Source: an uncultured bacterium (GTDB lineage Bacteria; Actinomycetota; Acidimicrobiia; Spongiisociales; UBA5794). Taken from it: a DNA stretch of 64,000 nt. Each line of letters starts with the position of its first letter. Position 1 is the first letter of the stretch. The notes beneath the pieces are model-generated. The model was not told where the DNA came from. It made no database searches and was given only the letters and a program-made list of their open reading frames with translations. Positions 41,583 through 51,054 of this stretch are shown one piece after another. The translations under genes were made by a program, and so were the position numbers. The stretch is taken from contig CAWDDT010000011.1 in assembly GCA_963801165.1 (NCBI GenBank), positions 320,001 through 384,000 on the forward strand, given 5' to 3'.

Positions 41583-42170
41583 GCTCGCCTCAGCAGAATC
41601 CGCAGGTCGTTGGTGATGGCTTGGGGCGCAGTGCCGAACTGCCACGTGACCTGGATCAAGCCCTGGTCGTCAACCGCGTACATGAGTGCGGTGTGCTGCA
41701 CCTCGTAATGTCCGCCGGCATCCTTGGTCACCTTGTAGTTCGCCCCGAATGCATCTGCAGCTGCTCTCAACGTGGCGTCGTCCCGTGCCCGCAGCCCGTG
41801 CGCACCGGGTATGAACGACTGCACGTAGCTCGTGATGATGGCATCCGTGTCACGATCGATATCGATCGTCTCCATCGCAAAGACGACATGCTCGGCATCA
41901 TCGCCCAATGCAGCGAGCGCCGTCTTCAGGTCCGCAAGCGTCGTGGGACAGACGTCGGGACACGACGTGTACCCGAAATAGACGAGCAGAAGCTCACCGG
42001 GAGGAGCCTTCATCAAGAATGCCGTCCCGCCGGCGCTTCCGTCGGGCAGGGCGATGTCGGCAACCGACGGCAACGGCGTGCGCACGAAGCCGGATAGCTC
42101 GTCGGGTGCGGAAGCACACGATGCCGCGCTCGAGACCCACCAGAGCGATGGCGACGATCAACCTGTGCAT
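41579..42170 (-). CDS. SCO family copper-binding lipoprotein; frameshift in signal peptide near 42137
   Basis: YFGYTSCPDVCP, DIDRD, VQHT. AGGAGG-ATG at 42170 is one base out of frame; removing one G gives MHRLIVAIALVVSSAASCASAPDELSGFVRTP. Confidence 0.85.
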
Positions 42171-42227
42171 GCCGCCTCCTTGTCCCGGCGCGCCCGCGCG
42201 TTGCCTGCGGGCGGGTCCCCCCTACAA

Positions 42228-42255
42228 GGTCGTCGCCGGACCCCGGTTAGTTCCC
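42228..42255 (-). promoter_or_regulatory. SigC-type promoter GGGAAC-N17-CGACC
   Basis: Minus strand GGGAAC (42255-42250), 17 nt, CGACC (42232-42228), upstream of the SCO operon. Confidence 0.65.
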
Positions 42256-43815
42256 GGGTGTGACAAGACCGTCGCCTCTGTGCAGGAACGCCGCCATCTC
42301 TCCCCGGGTCACCGGGTCGTTCGGGCAGAATCGGTCGTTGACCGGTGGATTACAGCCATGCGACAAGCCGGCGGCGGCGAGCCGGGTGATGGCATCCTCG
42401 AACTGCGATCCGTCGTCATCACGAAACGGGCTGTCCCCACCGGGCGGGAGATCGAGCGCACGTACCAAAAAGGAGGCCATCTGCTCGCGGGTGACGGGGT
42501 CCCCGGGACAGAAACGATCGTTGCGCGGCGGATTGCACCCCTTGGTGATGCCCGCTCGAGCGAGCCGGTCGATATCGGCGGCGAACACCGAAGTCGTCGT
42601 GTCTACGAACCTGCCGCCCGGATCGGCGGGAAGGTCGAGAAGACGGTTGAGAAACGCTGCCATCTCTCCCCTGGTCACGATACCGTCGGGGCAGAAACGA
42701 TCGTTGCGCGGGGGATTGCACCCCTTGGTGATCCCGGCGCCTGCCAGCCATTCGATATCGGCGGCGAACACCGACCCGTCGTCGTCGACGAACGTGTCAC
42801 CGTCGGGTACCAGTGCCTCGAGCAGCCCGGTGCGCCAGACGTCGGCGTCGCGGTCGTAAACGCCGAACCCGGCGCCGAACTCCCAGTAGGACCAGGCTAA
42901 CCCGCGCCGCTCGGCCTCCTGGCGCACATAACGAGTCCAGGCGATGCGGGAATCCATGTCCGCCTTCTCGTATGATCCGAACTCGCCCATCAGGATGGGC
43001 ACACCCGTCTCGGCCGACCATGCAGACGCCAGATCCATCACCTGCTCGATCGGGGTGATGTCCTCGGGCCGACCGTCCCACGTCGTTCCCAGCCACGCAT
43101 CGGAACCATCGACCCAATCGGCACCTTGATGGGTGAACTGGAACGGCTCGTACATGTGGAAGGTTGCTATGAGGGCGGGGTCGTCCGGCAGCTCCAGGCT
43201 CTCGAGCTCCCAAGCGCTGTTCCACATCCCGGGACCGACGATCACCATTCGATCAGGGTTGCTCGCCCGGACGACGGTAAGGGCGCGAGCCAGGAGATCG
43301 TTCCAGACAGTCGTGGTCAGCGCGTCGTGAGGCTCGTTCTGCAACTCGAATAACACTTCTTTGGGGGCTGCTGCGTAGTGGCGGGCGATTTGATCCCAGA
43401 TGGCGAGGAACCGATCCGTGTTGCCGGCCGGGTCGGCGTATAGGTCCTCGAAGTGGTGGAAGTCGATGATGATCGCAAGACCGGCGTCTGTCGCCAGGTC
43501 TATCAGATGATCAACCCGATCGAAGAAGACGGGATCAATCGTCCACGGGCTCATCATCGCTGCCCTGGTATCCCACCTGACCGGCAGCCGAACCGAGTCG
43601 AACCCTGCGCCGGCGATCAGCTGGAAAAAGCGGTCCTCGATATAGATGCCCCACTCCCCCTCGTAGTCGGGAGCCTCAAGTGCGTTGCCCAGGTTGACTC
43701 CGCGCCCCAACCGGGCTGCCGCATCGGGGGCGGTCCAGGTGTCCTGAGCGGACGCGGGTACGCCTACCAGAGTGCTGAAGATCAGAACGAGAGCAGTGAG
43801 AGCGGATCGGGCCAT
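42247..43815 (-). CDS. GH5 glycoside hydrolase with three C-terminal SLH domains
   Basis: Signal peptide; GVNLGNALEAP, VRLPVRW, FELQNEPH, HMYEP, MGEFG; 3x GCNPP.NDRFCP..VTR.EMA.FL. Confidence 0.9.
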   Translation of the reverse strand: MARSALTALVLIFSTLVGVPASAQDTWTAPDAAARLGRGVNLGNALEAPDYEGEWGIYIEDRFFQLIAGAGFDSVRLPVRWDTRAAMMSPWTIDPVFFDRVDHLIDLATDAGLAIIIDFHHFEDLYADPAGNTDRFLAIWDQIARHYAAAPKEVLFELQNEPHDALTTTVWNDLLARALTVVRASNPDRMVIVGPGMWNSAWELESLELPDDPALIATFHMYEPFQFTHQGADWVDGSDAWLGTTWDGRPEDITPIEQVMDLASAWSAETGVPILMGEFGSYEKADMDSRIAWTRYVRQEAERRGLAWSYWEFGAGFGVYDRDADVWRTGLLEALVPDGDTFVDDDGSVFAADIEWLAGAGITKGCNPPRNDRFCPDGIVTRGEMAAFLNRLLDLPADPGGRFVDTTTSVFAADIDRLARAGITKGCNPPRNDRFCPGDPVTREQMASFLVRALDLPPGGDSPFRDDDGSQFEDAITRLAAAGLSHGCNPPVNDRFCPNDPVTRGEMAAFLHRGDGLVTPGN

Positions 43816-44020
43816 TGCTTCCTCCGCGGCCAAGATACGCGTCTGGCGGAGCTAACCGCGGGCAAGGTCGAAACGGACTCTGCGGGAAAGGTGCCCGAAT
43901 AGCGGGCGCCGTTTCGGTAGCATCTCAGAACCGGCCTGGGAGAATAAACCCGGGAGCCTAAAGACGGTCGATTGTGGGTCCGATGCTTGTCATGGGTCCA
44001 CGAAGGGATATCGCGTGAGC

Positions 44021-45268
44021 ATGAGGACACGTTTACGCCGGCTGGGGTTGAGCGTTGCATTGACCGCCGCCTTGGTAGTCGCCGCACCGACGGCAGCGAG
44101 CGCCCAGACAACGGAGCTGCCGCCCGGCGGGACGTTTGTCGACGACGACAACAGCATCCATCAAGGAGCGATTGAGGCGATCGCGGCGATCGGGGTGACC
44201 CTGGGGTGCAACCCTCCCAGCAACGATCGCTTCTGCCCGGAGCAACCGGTGACGCGGGCTGAAATGGCCACGTTCCTCACCCGCTCCCTAAATCTCGGCG
44301 AGGCCTCGATTCACCCGTTCACCGACGTTGCGGGCTCGACACACGAGGCATCCATCAACTCGATTTATGCAGCAGGCATCACCAGAGGCTGCAACCCGCC
44401 GACGGATGACGAGTACTGCCCGGACGAGCCGATAACCCGTGAGGAGATGGCGTCGATGCTGGCGCGAGCCTTCAACCTGGCCCCCTCAACCGACACCCCG
44501 TTCACCGACATCGCCTCGTCGGTACACGCCGCCAACATCAACGCACTTGCCGCGGCGGGAATCACAAAGGGTTGCAACCCTCCTGACGACGATCACTTCT
44601 GCCCCACCCAGCTGATCACCCGGGAACAGATGGCGTCATTCCTGACGAGGGCGCTCGGTCTCGACCCGATCGATCCGCCTCCCGCACCGTTCGATCTCAT
44701 CTCCAGCTTCACCACGCATCACGCCTGCTGTCAGACACGGGTGAGCGCAGTCCAGGCTGCTGCCCGGGCCATCGACGGCATGGTGCTTTTGCCCGGAGAC
44801 ACTTTCTCCTACCTCGACGTACTCAATAATGTGGTGCACAGCGGCAACTGCCAGACCTCCACCACCCTATTCAATGCGGTCTGGTATGCCGGTCTCGACG
44901 AGGTCGAGCACCGGCCCCACAGCGTCGACTTCGCCCGTTACCCGCAGGCGATCGAATCTACGATGATCCCGTGGTCGGTAGATCTCAAATTCCGCAACGA
45001 CACCAAACATCCCCTCGAGATCCGCACCAGTTACACGGGAACGTCGGTCACCGTGGAACTGTGGGGCGACAACGACGGGCGCAGCATCGTCGGTGACTAC
45101 ACACCGGAGCACGGCACGGTCCTCGACGTGGTCAGCGAAGGCGGCCCCGACGCAAGGATCGTTGGCACCAAGACGGTGTCGAGCGGTCGCAGCTACACCG
45201 TGACCCGCACCATCACAGACGCCGACGGCTCGGAGTCCGAGAGCTGGAGCTGGACCTACGCCTACTGA
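44021..45268 (+). CDS. SLH-domain protein with VanW-like domain
   Basis: Signal peptide, three SLH repeats, then IDG.VL.PGDTFS, GNCQTSTTLFNA, EHRPHS, DLKFRND. Confidence 0.82.
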   Translation: MRTRLRRLGLSVALTAALVVAAPTAASAQTTELPPGGTFVDDDNSIHQGAIEAIAAIGVTLGCNPPSNDRFCPEQPVTRAEMATFLTRSLNLGEASIHPFTDVAGSTHEASINSIYAAGITRGCNPPTDDEYCPDEPITREEMASMLARAFNLAPSTDTPFTDIASSVHAANINALAAAGITKGCNPPDDDHFCPTQLITREQMASFLTRALGLDPIDPPPAPFDLISSFTTHHACCQTRVSAVQAAARAIDGMVLLPGDTFSYLDVLNNVVHSGNCQTSTTLFNAVWYAGLDEVEHRPHSVDFARYPQAIESTMIPWSVDLKFRNDTKHPLEIRTSYTGTSVTVELWGDNDGRSIVGDYTPEHGTVLDVVSEGGPDARIVGTKTVSSGRSYTVTRTITDADGSESESWSWTYAY

Positions 45269-45455
45269 ACCGACCTTGCGCACTGTTCGTGGCACTTAGC
45301 GTGGCGAATCCAAGGTCTCGCGTCTGAGTGGGCTCGAAGGAGCGTTCGGCGTTCGATCAGTAACACCGGTATGAGCTGGGGGATTGCGACCCCAACCACC
45401 CGCAGACATGCGTGCGACACCCGTGTCGATGCTCAACCCCTCGTGAGTACACCTG

Positions 45456-45495
45456 TTGACGGTGTCACACGCAAACACTATATTCACTATATTCA
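45456..45495 (+). promoter_or_regulatory. Sigma70-type promoter overlapped by a TATATTCA direct repeat
   Basis: TTGACG-N17-TATATT; TATATTCA at 45479 and 45488. Confidence 0.55.
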
Positions 45496-45497
45496 TT

Positions 45498-47276
45498 ATG
45501 GTTGATACCCGAGCCGACAGCGTGACCATCGCCGAACTCACGGTCGATTATCTGGCACAACGCGGGGTCCGCCACGTGTTCGGGCTCTGCGGACACACCA
45601 ACATCGCGGTCCTCAGCGCAATGGAGAAGAGCCCGATCGAGTTCGTCAACGTACGTCACGAACAGATCGCGAGCCATGCGGCAGACGGGTACGCACGAGT
45701 CACCGGCCGGGCCGGGGTCGTCCTGTCGCATCTGAGCCCCGGTCTCACCAACGCCGCGACCGGTGTTGCCAACGCCGCGCTCGACTGTATCCCGATGGTG
45801 GTCATCGCTGGTGACGTACCTTCTTTCTACTTCGGGAAACACGCACACCAGGAGGTAAACCTCCACTCCGATGGCGGCCAATACGAGATCTACCGGCCCT
45901 TCGTGAAACGCGCCTGGCGGGTGGACGATCCCCGTCTCATGGCCGAAACCCTCGAGCGTGCTTTCAACCTCGCCGAGACGGGGCAACCAGGACCGGTACT
46001 GATCGACGTACCCATGAACATCTTCTCCGAATCGGGCGACCCCGGGCTGTTCAACCGCCAAACGCAGAACGCCAAGACACTGCACAAGCCCTCGATGGAC
46101 GATGAAACCGCCACCGCGATCGTTCACATGCTGGGAGAGGCGGAGCGTCCTGTGTTGTACGTCGGCGGCGGCATCACCCTGGCGCGGGCCAGCGGCGAGC
46201 TTCGAAGTTTCGTCGACCACATGGCCGTTCCCGTGGCCCACAGCCTGATGGGAAAGGGCGCGGTCTCGGACGATCACCCGCTCGTCCTCGGCATGACCGG
46301 GTTCTGGGGAACGCAGCTCGTGAATCAGACGTGTCTCGACGCCGACGTGATCCTGGCGATCGGTGCTCGGTTCAAGGAAGCCGACAGCAGCTCCTGGTAT
46401 CCCGGGTACACATTCGACATCCCTCCCTCCAAGCTGATCCACATCGACATCGAGCCAACTGAGATCGGACGGAACTTCCCGGTGGAGCTTGGCGCCGTAG
46501 CCGACGCCAAAGCAGCTCTCGCCGCACTGACACGAGCGGCGAAGCGACTCTACCCGGAGGGTCGCTCGGCACCCGAAATCGCCGGTCGGATCGCCAAAGC
46601 ACGCCAGGAGTTCGCCGAAGCCAACCGTGCGGCCGCAACCAGCTCGGACTGGCCGATGATGCCGGAGAGGATCCTCGCCGACACAAGACACGTTCTCCCC
46701 GATGACGCCTTCCTGGCAACCGACGTCGGGTGGAACAAGAACGGAGTCGGCCAGCAGTTCCCCATTCTCGAGCCCGGCTCCTTCATCACACCGGGTGGGT
46801 TCGCCACGATGGGGTTTGGACCGGCGGCGGCAGTCGGGATCAAGTTCGCAGCGCCCGACCGGACGGTAATCGCTCTCGTGGGCGACGGCGGGTTCGGGCA
46901 GAACCCGGCCGTGCTGGCGACAGCCGTCGAGCACGACCTCGGAATCGTGTGGGTGGTGATGAACAACAACGCGTTCGGAACGATTGCAGGTCTGCAACTG
47001 GCTCACTTCGGTACCACATTCGGCACGACATTCCCAGGTCGAATCGGCGAGTCCCTCCCTGATTACGCCGCGATCGCCGACGCGTACGGAGCCGTCGGTA
47101 TACGAGTCAAGTCCGCCCAGGAATATCGCAGCGCATTGGAGAAGGCGATCGGGCTGGACCGACCCGTTGTCATCGATGTTCCGATGCGCAACAACCCGAC
47201 ACCCACGACGGGACATTGGAACATCCTCGACATCTACTCGCCAGAGGGCGGTAAATCGCACGCAGCAACGGAATGA
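45498..47276 (+). CDS. Thiamine pyrophosphate-dependent enzyme (acetolactate synthase/IolD superfamily)
   Basis: FGLCGHTNI, RHEQIASHAADGYAR, PGLTNA, TDVGWNK, TMGFG, VGDGGF..MNNN. Confidence 0.9.
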   Translation: MVDTRADSVTIAELTVDYLAQRGVRHVFGLCGHTNIAVLSAMEKSPIEFVNVRHEQIASHAADGYARVTGRAGVVLSHLSPGLTNAATGVANAALDCIPMVVIAGDVPSFYFGKHAHQEVNLHSDGGQYEIYRPFVKRAWRVDDPRLMAETLERAFNLAETGQPGPVLIDVPMNIFSESGDPGLFNRQTQNAKTLHKPSMDDETATAIVHMLGEAERPVLYVGGGITLARASGELRSFVDHMAVPVAHSLMGKGAVSDDHPLVLGMTGFWGTQLVNQTCLDADVILAIGARFKEADSSSWYPGYTFDIPPSKLIHIDIEPTEIGRNFPVELGAVADAKAALAALTRAAKRLYPEGRSAPEIAGRIAKARQEFAEANRAAATSSDWPMMPERILADTRHVLPDDAFLATDVGWNKNGVGQQFPILEPGSFITPGGFATMGFGPAAAVGIKFAAPDRTVIALVGDGGFGQNPAVLATAVEHDLGIVWVVMNNNAFGTIAGLQLAHFGTTFGTTFPGRIGESLPDYAAIADAYGAVGIRVKSAQEYRSALEKAIGLDRPVVIDVPMRNNPTPTTGHWNILDIYSPEGGKSHAATE

Positions 47277-47283
47277 GGCCGAA

Positions 47284-48690
47284 GTGTCGCGAGAGATAAC
47301 GCAAGAACAACGCGAGATGGTGGCTGAGATGGTCGCGAGGGCCAGAGCCGCAATGGCGGCAATCGCGGACTACGACCAGGAGCGCGTTGACCGACTGGCA
47401 CAAGCCATTGGCTGGGCGTTGGGCAACGAGGCGACCTTCACCCGTCTCGCCGAGATGAGTGTCGACGAGAGTGGGATCGGCGATCGAGAGGGCAGACCCA
47501 ACAAGCGCTTCAAGATCCACGGCATACTGCGTGACGTGCTCCGTCAACCCAGTGTTGGCATCATCGAGGAAGATCTCGAGAGCGGAATCGTCAAGTACGC
47601 CAAGCCCGGAGGCGTAATCGCATCGATAGTCCCCATGACCAACCCGGAGTTGACACCACCCGGGACCGCGATCAATGCGATAAAGGCCAAGGATGCGGTG
47701 ATCTTCTCACCCCATCCGAGGACGAAGCGGACGACCAACGAGGTGGTGCGCATCCTCCGTCAGGCGATGGAACGTGAAGGCGCACCGGCTGATGTGTTCC
47801 AATGCATTGAGGAACCCAGCATCCCGGTCGCCCAGGAGCTCATGTCGACTTGCGACATGACGTTGGCCACAGGCGGCCCTGCGATGGTCAGGGCCGCATA
47901 CAGCTCGGGGAAGCCGGCGTTCGGCGTGGGCGCAGGCAACTCGACGATGGTGATTGACGAGACCGCCGATATCGCGGAAGCGGCCAGGAACACCCGCATC
48001 TCAAAGACATCCGATTTCGGCTCGGGGTGCTCGGCAGACGGCAATATCCTGGTCGCCGACGAAATCTACGACCGTTTCCGCGACCAACTCATCGCCGAGG
48101 GCGGTTATCTCGCGACCGATCCGGAGAAAGCGCTCCTCGAGCGTGCCATGTGGAACGCTGATGGAACCAGGACTCTGAACACCGTAGCCCAGTCCGGGCC
48201 GAAACTGGCCGCCGAGGCCGGCTTTGCAATTCCCGACGATCGACGCTTCATCGTGGTGGAGCAGACCGAAATCGGTAAGGAGCACCGCTTCTCCGGAGAG
48301 AAGCTCACAGCTCTACTTGCCCTGTACCGATTCCACGACTTCGACCAGGCATTGGACATGGTGCGAAGGATCTACGAGGTCGGAGGCGCAGGGCACTCCT
48401 GCGGGATCTACTCCTTCGACGACGCTCACATAGACGCACTCGCCAGGGTCGCACCGGTGAGCCGGATGATGGTCCGCCAGCCGCAATCCAAGGCAAATGC
48501 CGGTTCTTTCACCAACGGCATGCCCATGACCTCGAGTCTGGGATGCGGCATCTGGGGAGGGAACGTCACCAACGAGAACATAAGCCTCAAGCACTACCTG
48601 AACGTCACCTGGGTGAGCCGACCGATTCCGGAAGATCGACCACCCGAGGAGGAGCTGTTCGGGGAGTTCTACGGAACCGAGGTGTCGTAG
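47284..48690 (+). CDS. CoA-acylating aldehyde dehydrogenase (SauS/EutE-like)
   Basis: IVPMTNP, FSPHP, ATGG..MVRAAYSSGKPA.GVGAGN, SKTSDFGSGCS, FSGEKL, SLGCG.WGGN...ENI. Confidence 0.88.
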   Translation: MSREITQEQREMVAEMVARARAAMAAIADYDQERVDRLAQAIGWALGNEATFTRLAEMSVDESGIGDREGRPNKRFKIHGILRDVLRQPSVGIIEEDLESGIVKYAKPGGVIASIVPMTNPELTPPGTAINAIKAKDAVIFSPHPRTKRTTNEVVRILRQAMEREGAPADVFQCIEEPSIPVAQELMSTCDMTLATGGPAMVRAAYSSGKPAFGVGAGNSTMVIDETADIAEAARNTRISKTSDFGSGCSADGNILVADEIYDRFRDQLIAEGGYLATDPEKALLERAMWNADGTRTLNTVAQSGPKLAAEAGFAIPDDRRFIVVEQTEIGKEHRFSGEKLTALLALYRFHDFDQALDMVRRIYEVGGAGHSCGIYSFDDAHIDALARVAPVSRMMVRQPQSKANAGSFTNGMPMTSSLGCGIWGGNVTNENISLKHYLNVTWVSRPIPEDRPPEEELFGEFYGTEVS

Positions 48691-48693
48691 ACC

Positions 48694-49551
48694 ATGACTG
48701 AACCCATCGAATTCTCATTGGCGTACCTGACCGTCATCGGCACACCACCGCTGCGCATGGTGTCGCTCGCAGCAGCCGCAGGCTACGACTATGTCGGCGT
48801 GCGTTTCAACGCAGTTGCCGACGACGAGGTCGCATTTCCGTTTCTGACCGATCGCAACCTGATTCGCGACTTCAAGGCCAGTCTGGACGCCACCGGTCTA
48901 CAGGTGCTGGATGCAGAGTTGATCCGGATCGGGCCCGACGACGATCCGGATGGATATCTGCATTTCATGGACGTGGCAAGTGAGATCGGGGCCAGACACC
49001 TGGTGGTGCAGCTCCCCGACCCCGATCGGAGCCGGGCCGCCGACCACCTGGCGCGGTTGAGCGAGCTTGCTTCCGATTACGGGCTGACCGCCAACTTGGA
49101 GTTCATTCCGTGGACACCGACGTGCGATCTGGCGGCTGCAGTGGACATCGTCACTCGTTCGGCGCACCCCAACGCGGGAATTCTCGTCGATACGCTGCAC
49201 TTCGAGCGATCCGAATCGTCGGTGTCGCAGCTGCGTGTGCTCTCGCCGGGCCTGTTCCGGCTCATCCAACTCTGTGACGCCCCGCGGGAGGTGCCCAGGA
49301 CGAACGAAGGTCTGATAAGAGCGGCCCGAGCCGGGAGAGGTCTCCCCGGAGAGGCCGGTATCGATCTGAGACCGATGGTGGAAGCCCTCCCCCGGGTTCC
49401 ATACTCGCTCGAGGTGCCGAATGAGGTAATGAGGAACGATCTGGGCGACCAAACCTTTGTGACGAGGGTCCTCGAAGCGAGCCGGCGATTTCTCGCGGCC
49501 AGTGACGAGCGCGCAGCCAGTGACGAGCGTGCAGTGAGCATCAGCCGATGA
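48694..49551 (+). CDS. Xylose-isomerase-like TIM barrel protein
   Basis: AGYDYVG, LEFIPW, VDTLH, QLCDA, LPGEAG, SLEVP; C-terminal ASDERA duplication. Confidence 0.85.
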   Translation: MTEPIEFSLAYLTVIGTPPLRMVSLAAAAGYDYVGVRFNAVADDEVAFPFLTDRNLIRDFKASLDATGLQVLDAELIRIGPDDDPDGYLHFMDVASEIGARHLVVQLPDPDRSRAADHLARLSELASDYGLTANLEFIPWTPTCDLAAAVDIVTRSAHPNAGILVDTLHFERSESSVSQLRVLSPGLFRLIQLCDAPREVPRTNEGLIRAARAGRGLPGEAGIDLRPMVEALPRVPYSLEVPNEVMRNDLGDQTFVTRVLEASRRFLAASDERAASDERAVSISR

Positions 49552-50003
49552 CTCGCAAGATACTGGTCCTCAACGGCCCGAATTTGAATCTGCTTGGGAC
49601 TCGAGAACCAGACGTCTACGGCTCGGAGACCCTCGATGACATAATCGCGGACTTGCGTGAGTATTCGGCCGCGCGAGACGCAGACGTCACCCACCTCCAG
49701 TCGAACTCCGAGTCGGATCTCATCGACGCGCTTCACGCGGCACGTAACAGCGTGGACGGCGTTGTGTTCAATGCCGGTGCGTTCACTCACTACAGCATCG
49801 CCTTGCGTGACGCCATCGCCGCGCTGGGTCTACCGGTGATCGAGACCCACCTCTCCAACGTTCATGCCCGCGAGTCGTTCCGGCACACGTCGGTGCTCGC
49901 CCCGGTGTGCTTGGGCGTCGTGGCCGGACTGGGTAGGGACAGCTACTTCGCCGCGATCGAAGGACTCCTGAGATATCTGACCCGACAAGAGGATCGACCG
50001 TGA
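49548..50003 (+). CDS. aroQ: Type II 3-dehydroquinate dehydratase
   Basis: LNGPNLNLLGTREPDVYG, QSNSE, NAGAFTHYSIALRDA, ETHLSNVHARESFRH. Confidence 0.95.
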   Translation: MTRKILVLNGPNLNLLGTREPDVYGSETLDDIIADLREYSAARDADVTHLQSNSESDLIDALHAARNSVDGVVFNAGAFTHYSIALRDAIAALGLPVIETHLSNVHARESFRHTSVLAPVCLGVVAGLGRDSYFAAIEGLLRYLTRQEDRP

Positions 50004-50076
50004 CCCACTCGACTCTCGCGGTGCTGGAGATGGCGCGGTGCGCGGGGCGTCGCACCAACGCATCAACGGGCGGCAG

Positions 50077-51054
50077 ATGAGTATGGGACACGTTGAGACC
50101 TTCCGCGGGCCCATAGACTCGGACAAGCTCGGCGCGACGCTGCTCCACGAGCACATCTTCGTGCGCAGCCCGGAATTGGAAGTGAACCTACCCGACGGAG
50201 AATGGGAGCCGTCCGATGCGGTCGCGACTGCCGTCGCCGGTCTCAGGGAGCTATACCGGCTCGGGATTCGGACCGTGGTCGATCTCACCGTCCCAGGCCT
50301 TGGCCGCGACGTGCGGCTGGTATCTCGCGTCGCGGAGCAGGTTCCGGTCAACCTCATCGCGGCAACCGGCTGGTACACGCCCAACGTGCTGCCCACTTAC
50401 TTCCAGTCCCATGGGCCGGGGCTGTCCATCGACGGTACCGATCCCCTCATCGAGTTGTTTGTCAACGATATCCGTGGCGGCATCGCAGGAACCAGCGTGC
50501 GAGCCGGCCTGCTCAAAGTCATGACCGGCCCGGAAGGCATCACGAACGACGTCGCCCGGGTGATGTCGGCGGCGGCCGTCGCACATCGGGAGACCGGGGT
50601 TGCGATCACGACCCACTCTCATCCCGCATCGCGCAATGGGCTGGCACAGCAAGCGTTCCTACAGGAGCGGGGGGTAGCGGCAGAACGAATAGTCGTCGGT
50701 CATTCCGGCGACAGCGAAGACCTCGATTACCTGCGTGCGATCTTGGACAACGGGTCGACAATCGGTATGGACAGGTTTGGCATGGAACATGTGCTCACGG
50801 ACGACCGGAGGGCCCGGACCGTCATCGCACTCCTCGAGCTCGGTTACGTGGACCGGATGATCCTGTCCCACGACGCGGCCTTCTACAGCCACGTCACACC
50901 ACCGTCCTGGCGCGCCGTGTCCGCACCGCGCTGGCGAATGGACACGATCTCCCGGCATGTCCTGCCGATGCTCCGAGATGCAGGTGTTTCCACCGACGAG
51001 ATCACCCAAATGCTGGTCACCAATCCGCGACGTCTCCTGGGAGGGACCGCATGA
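50077..51054 (+). CDS. Phosphotriesterase-like lactonase (amidohydrolase)
   Basis: TLLHEHIF, GLGRD, ATGWY, LLK, TTHS, GHSGD, MDRFG, LSHD. Confidence 0.88.
   Translation: MSMGHVETFRGPIDSDKLGATLLHEHIFVRSPELEVNLPDGEWEPSDAVATAVAGLRELYRLGIRTVVDLTVPGLGRDVRLVSRVAEQVPVNLIAATGWYTPNVLPTYFQSHGPGLSIDGTDPLIELFVNDIRGGIAGTSVRAGLLKVMTGPEGITNDVARVMSAAAVAHRETGVAITTHSHPASRNGLAQQAFLQERGVAAERIVVGHSGDSEDLDYLRAILDNGSTIGMDRFGMEHVLTDDRRARTVIALLELGYVDRMILSHDAAFYSHVTPPSWRAVSAPRWRMDTISRHVLPMLRDAGVSTDEITQMLVTNPRRLLGGTA

Noticed and set aside
43834-44014. Possible c-di-GMP or c-di-AMP riboswitch between the divergent SLH genes
   Set aside because: Only weak partial similarity; no consistent consensus or pairing found by eye
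45465-47261. Long antisense ORFs (598 aa here; also 1026-2378, 27779-29023, 50883-52100)
   Set aside because: Shadow ORFs of high-GC coding strands with no recognisable motifs
50202-51050. N-terminal extensions in the ORF track (606-aa ADH, 643-aa radical SAM, 706-aa AroKB, 568-aa ALDH)
   Set aside because: Extensions overlap upstream genes in another frame; true starts are supported by stop/start overlaps, RBS or -10 elements
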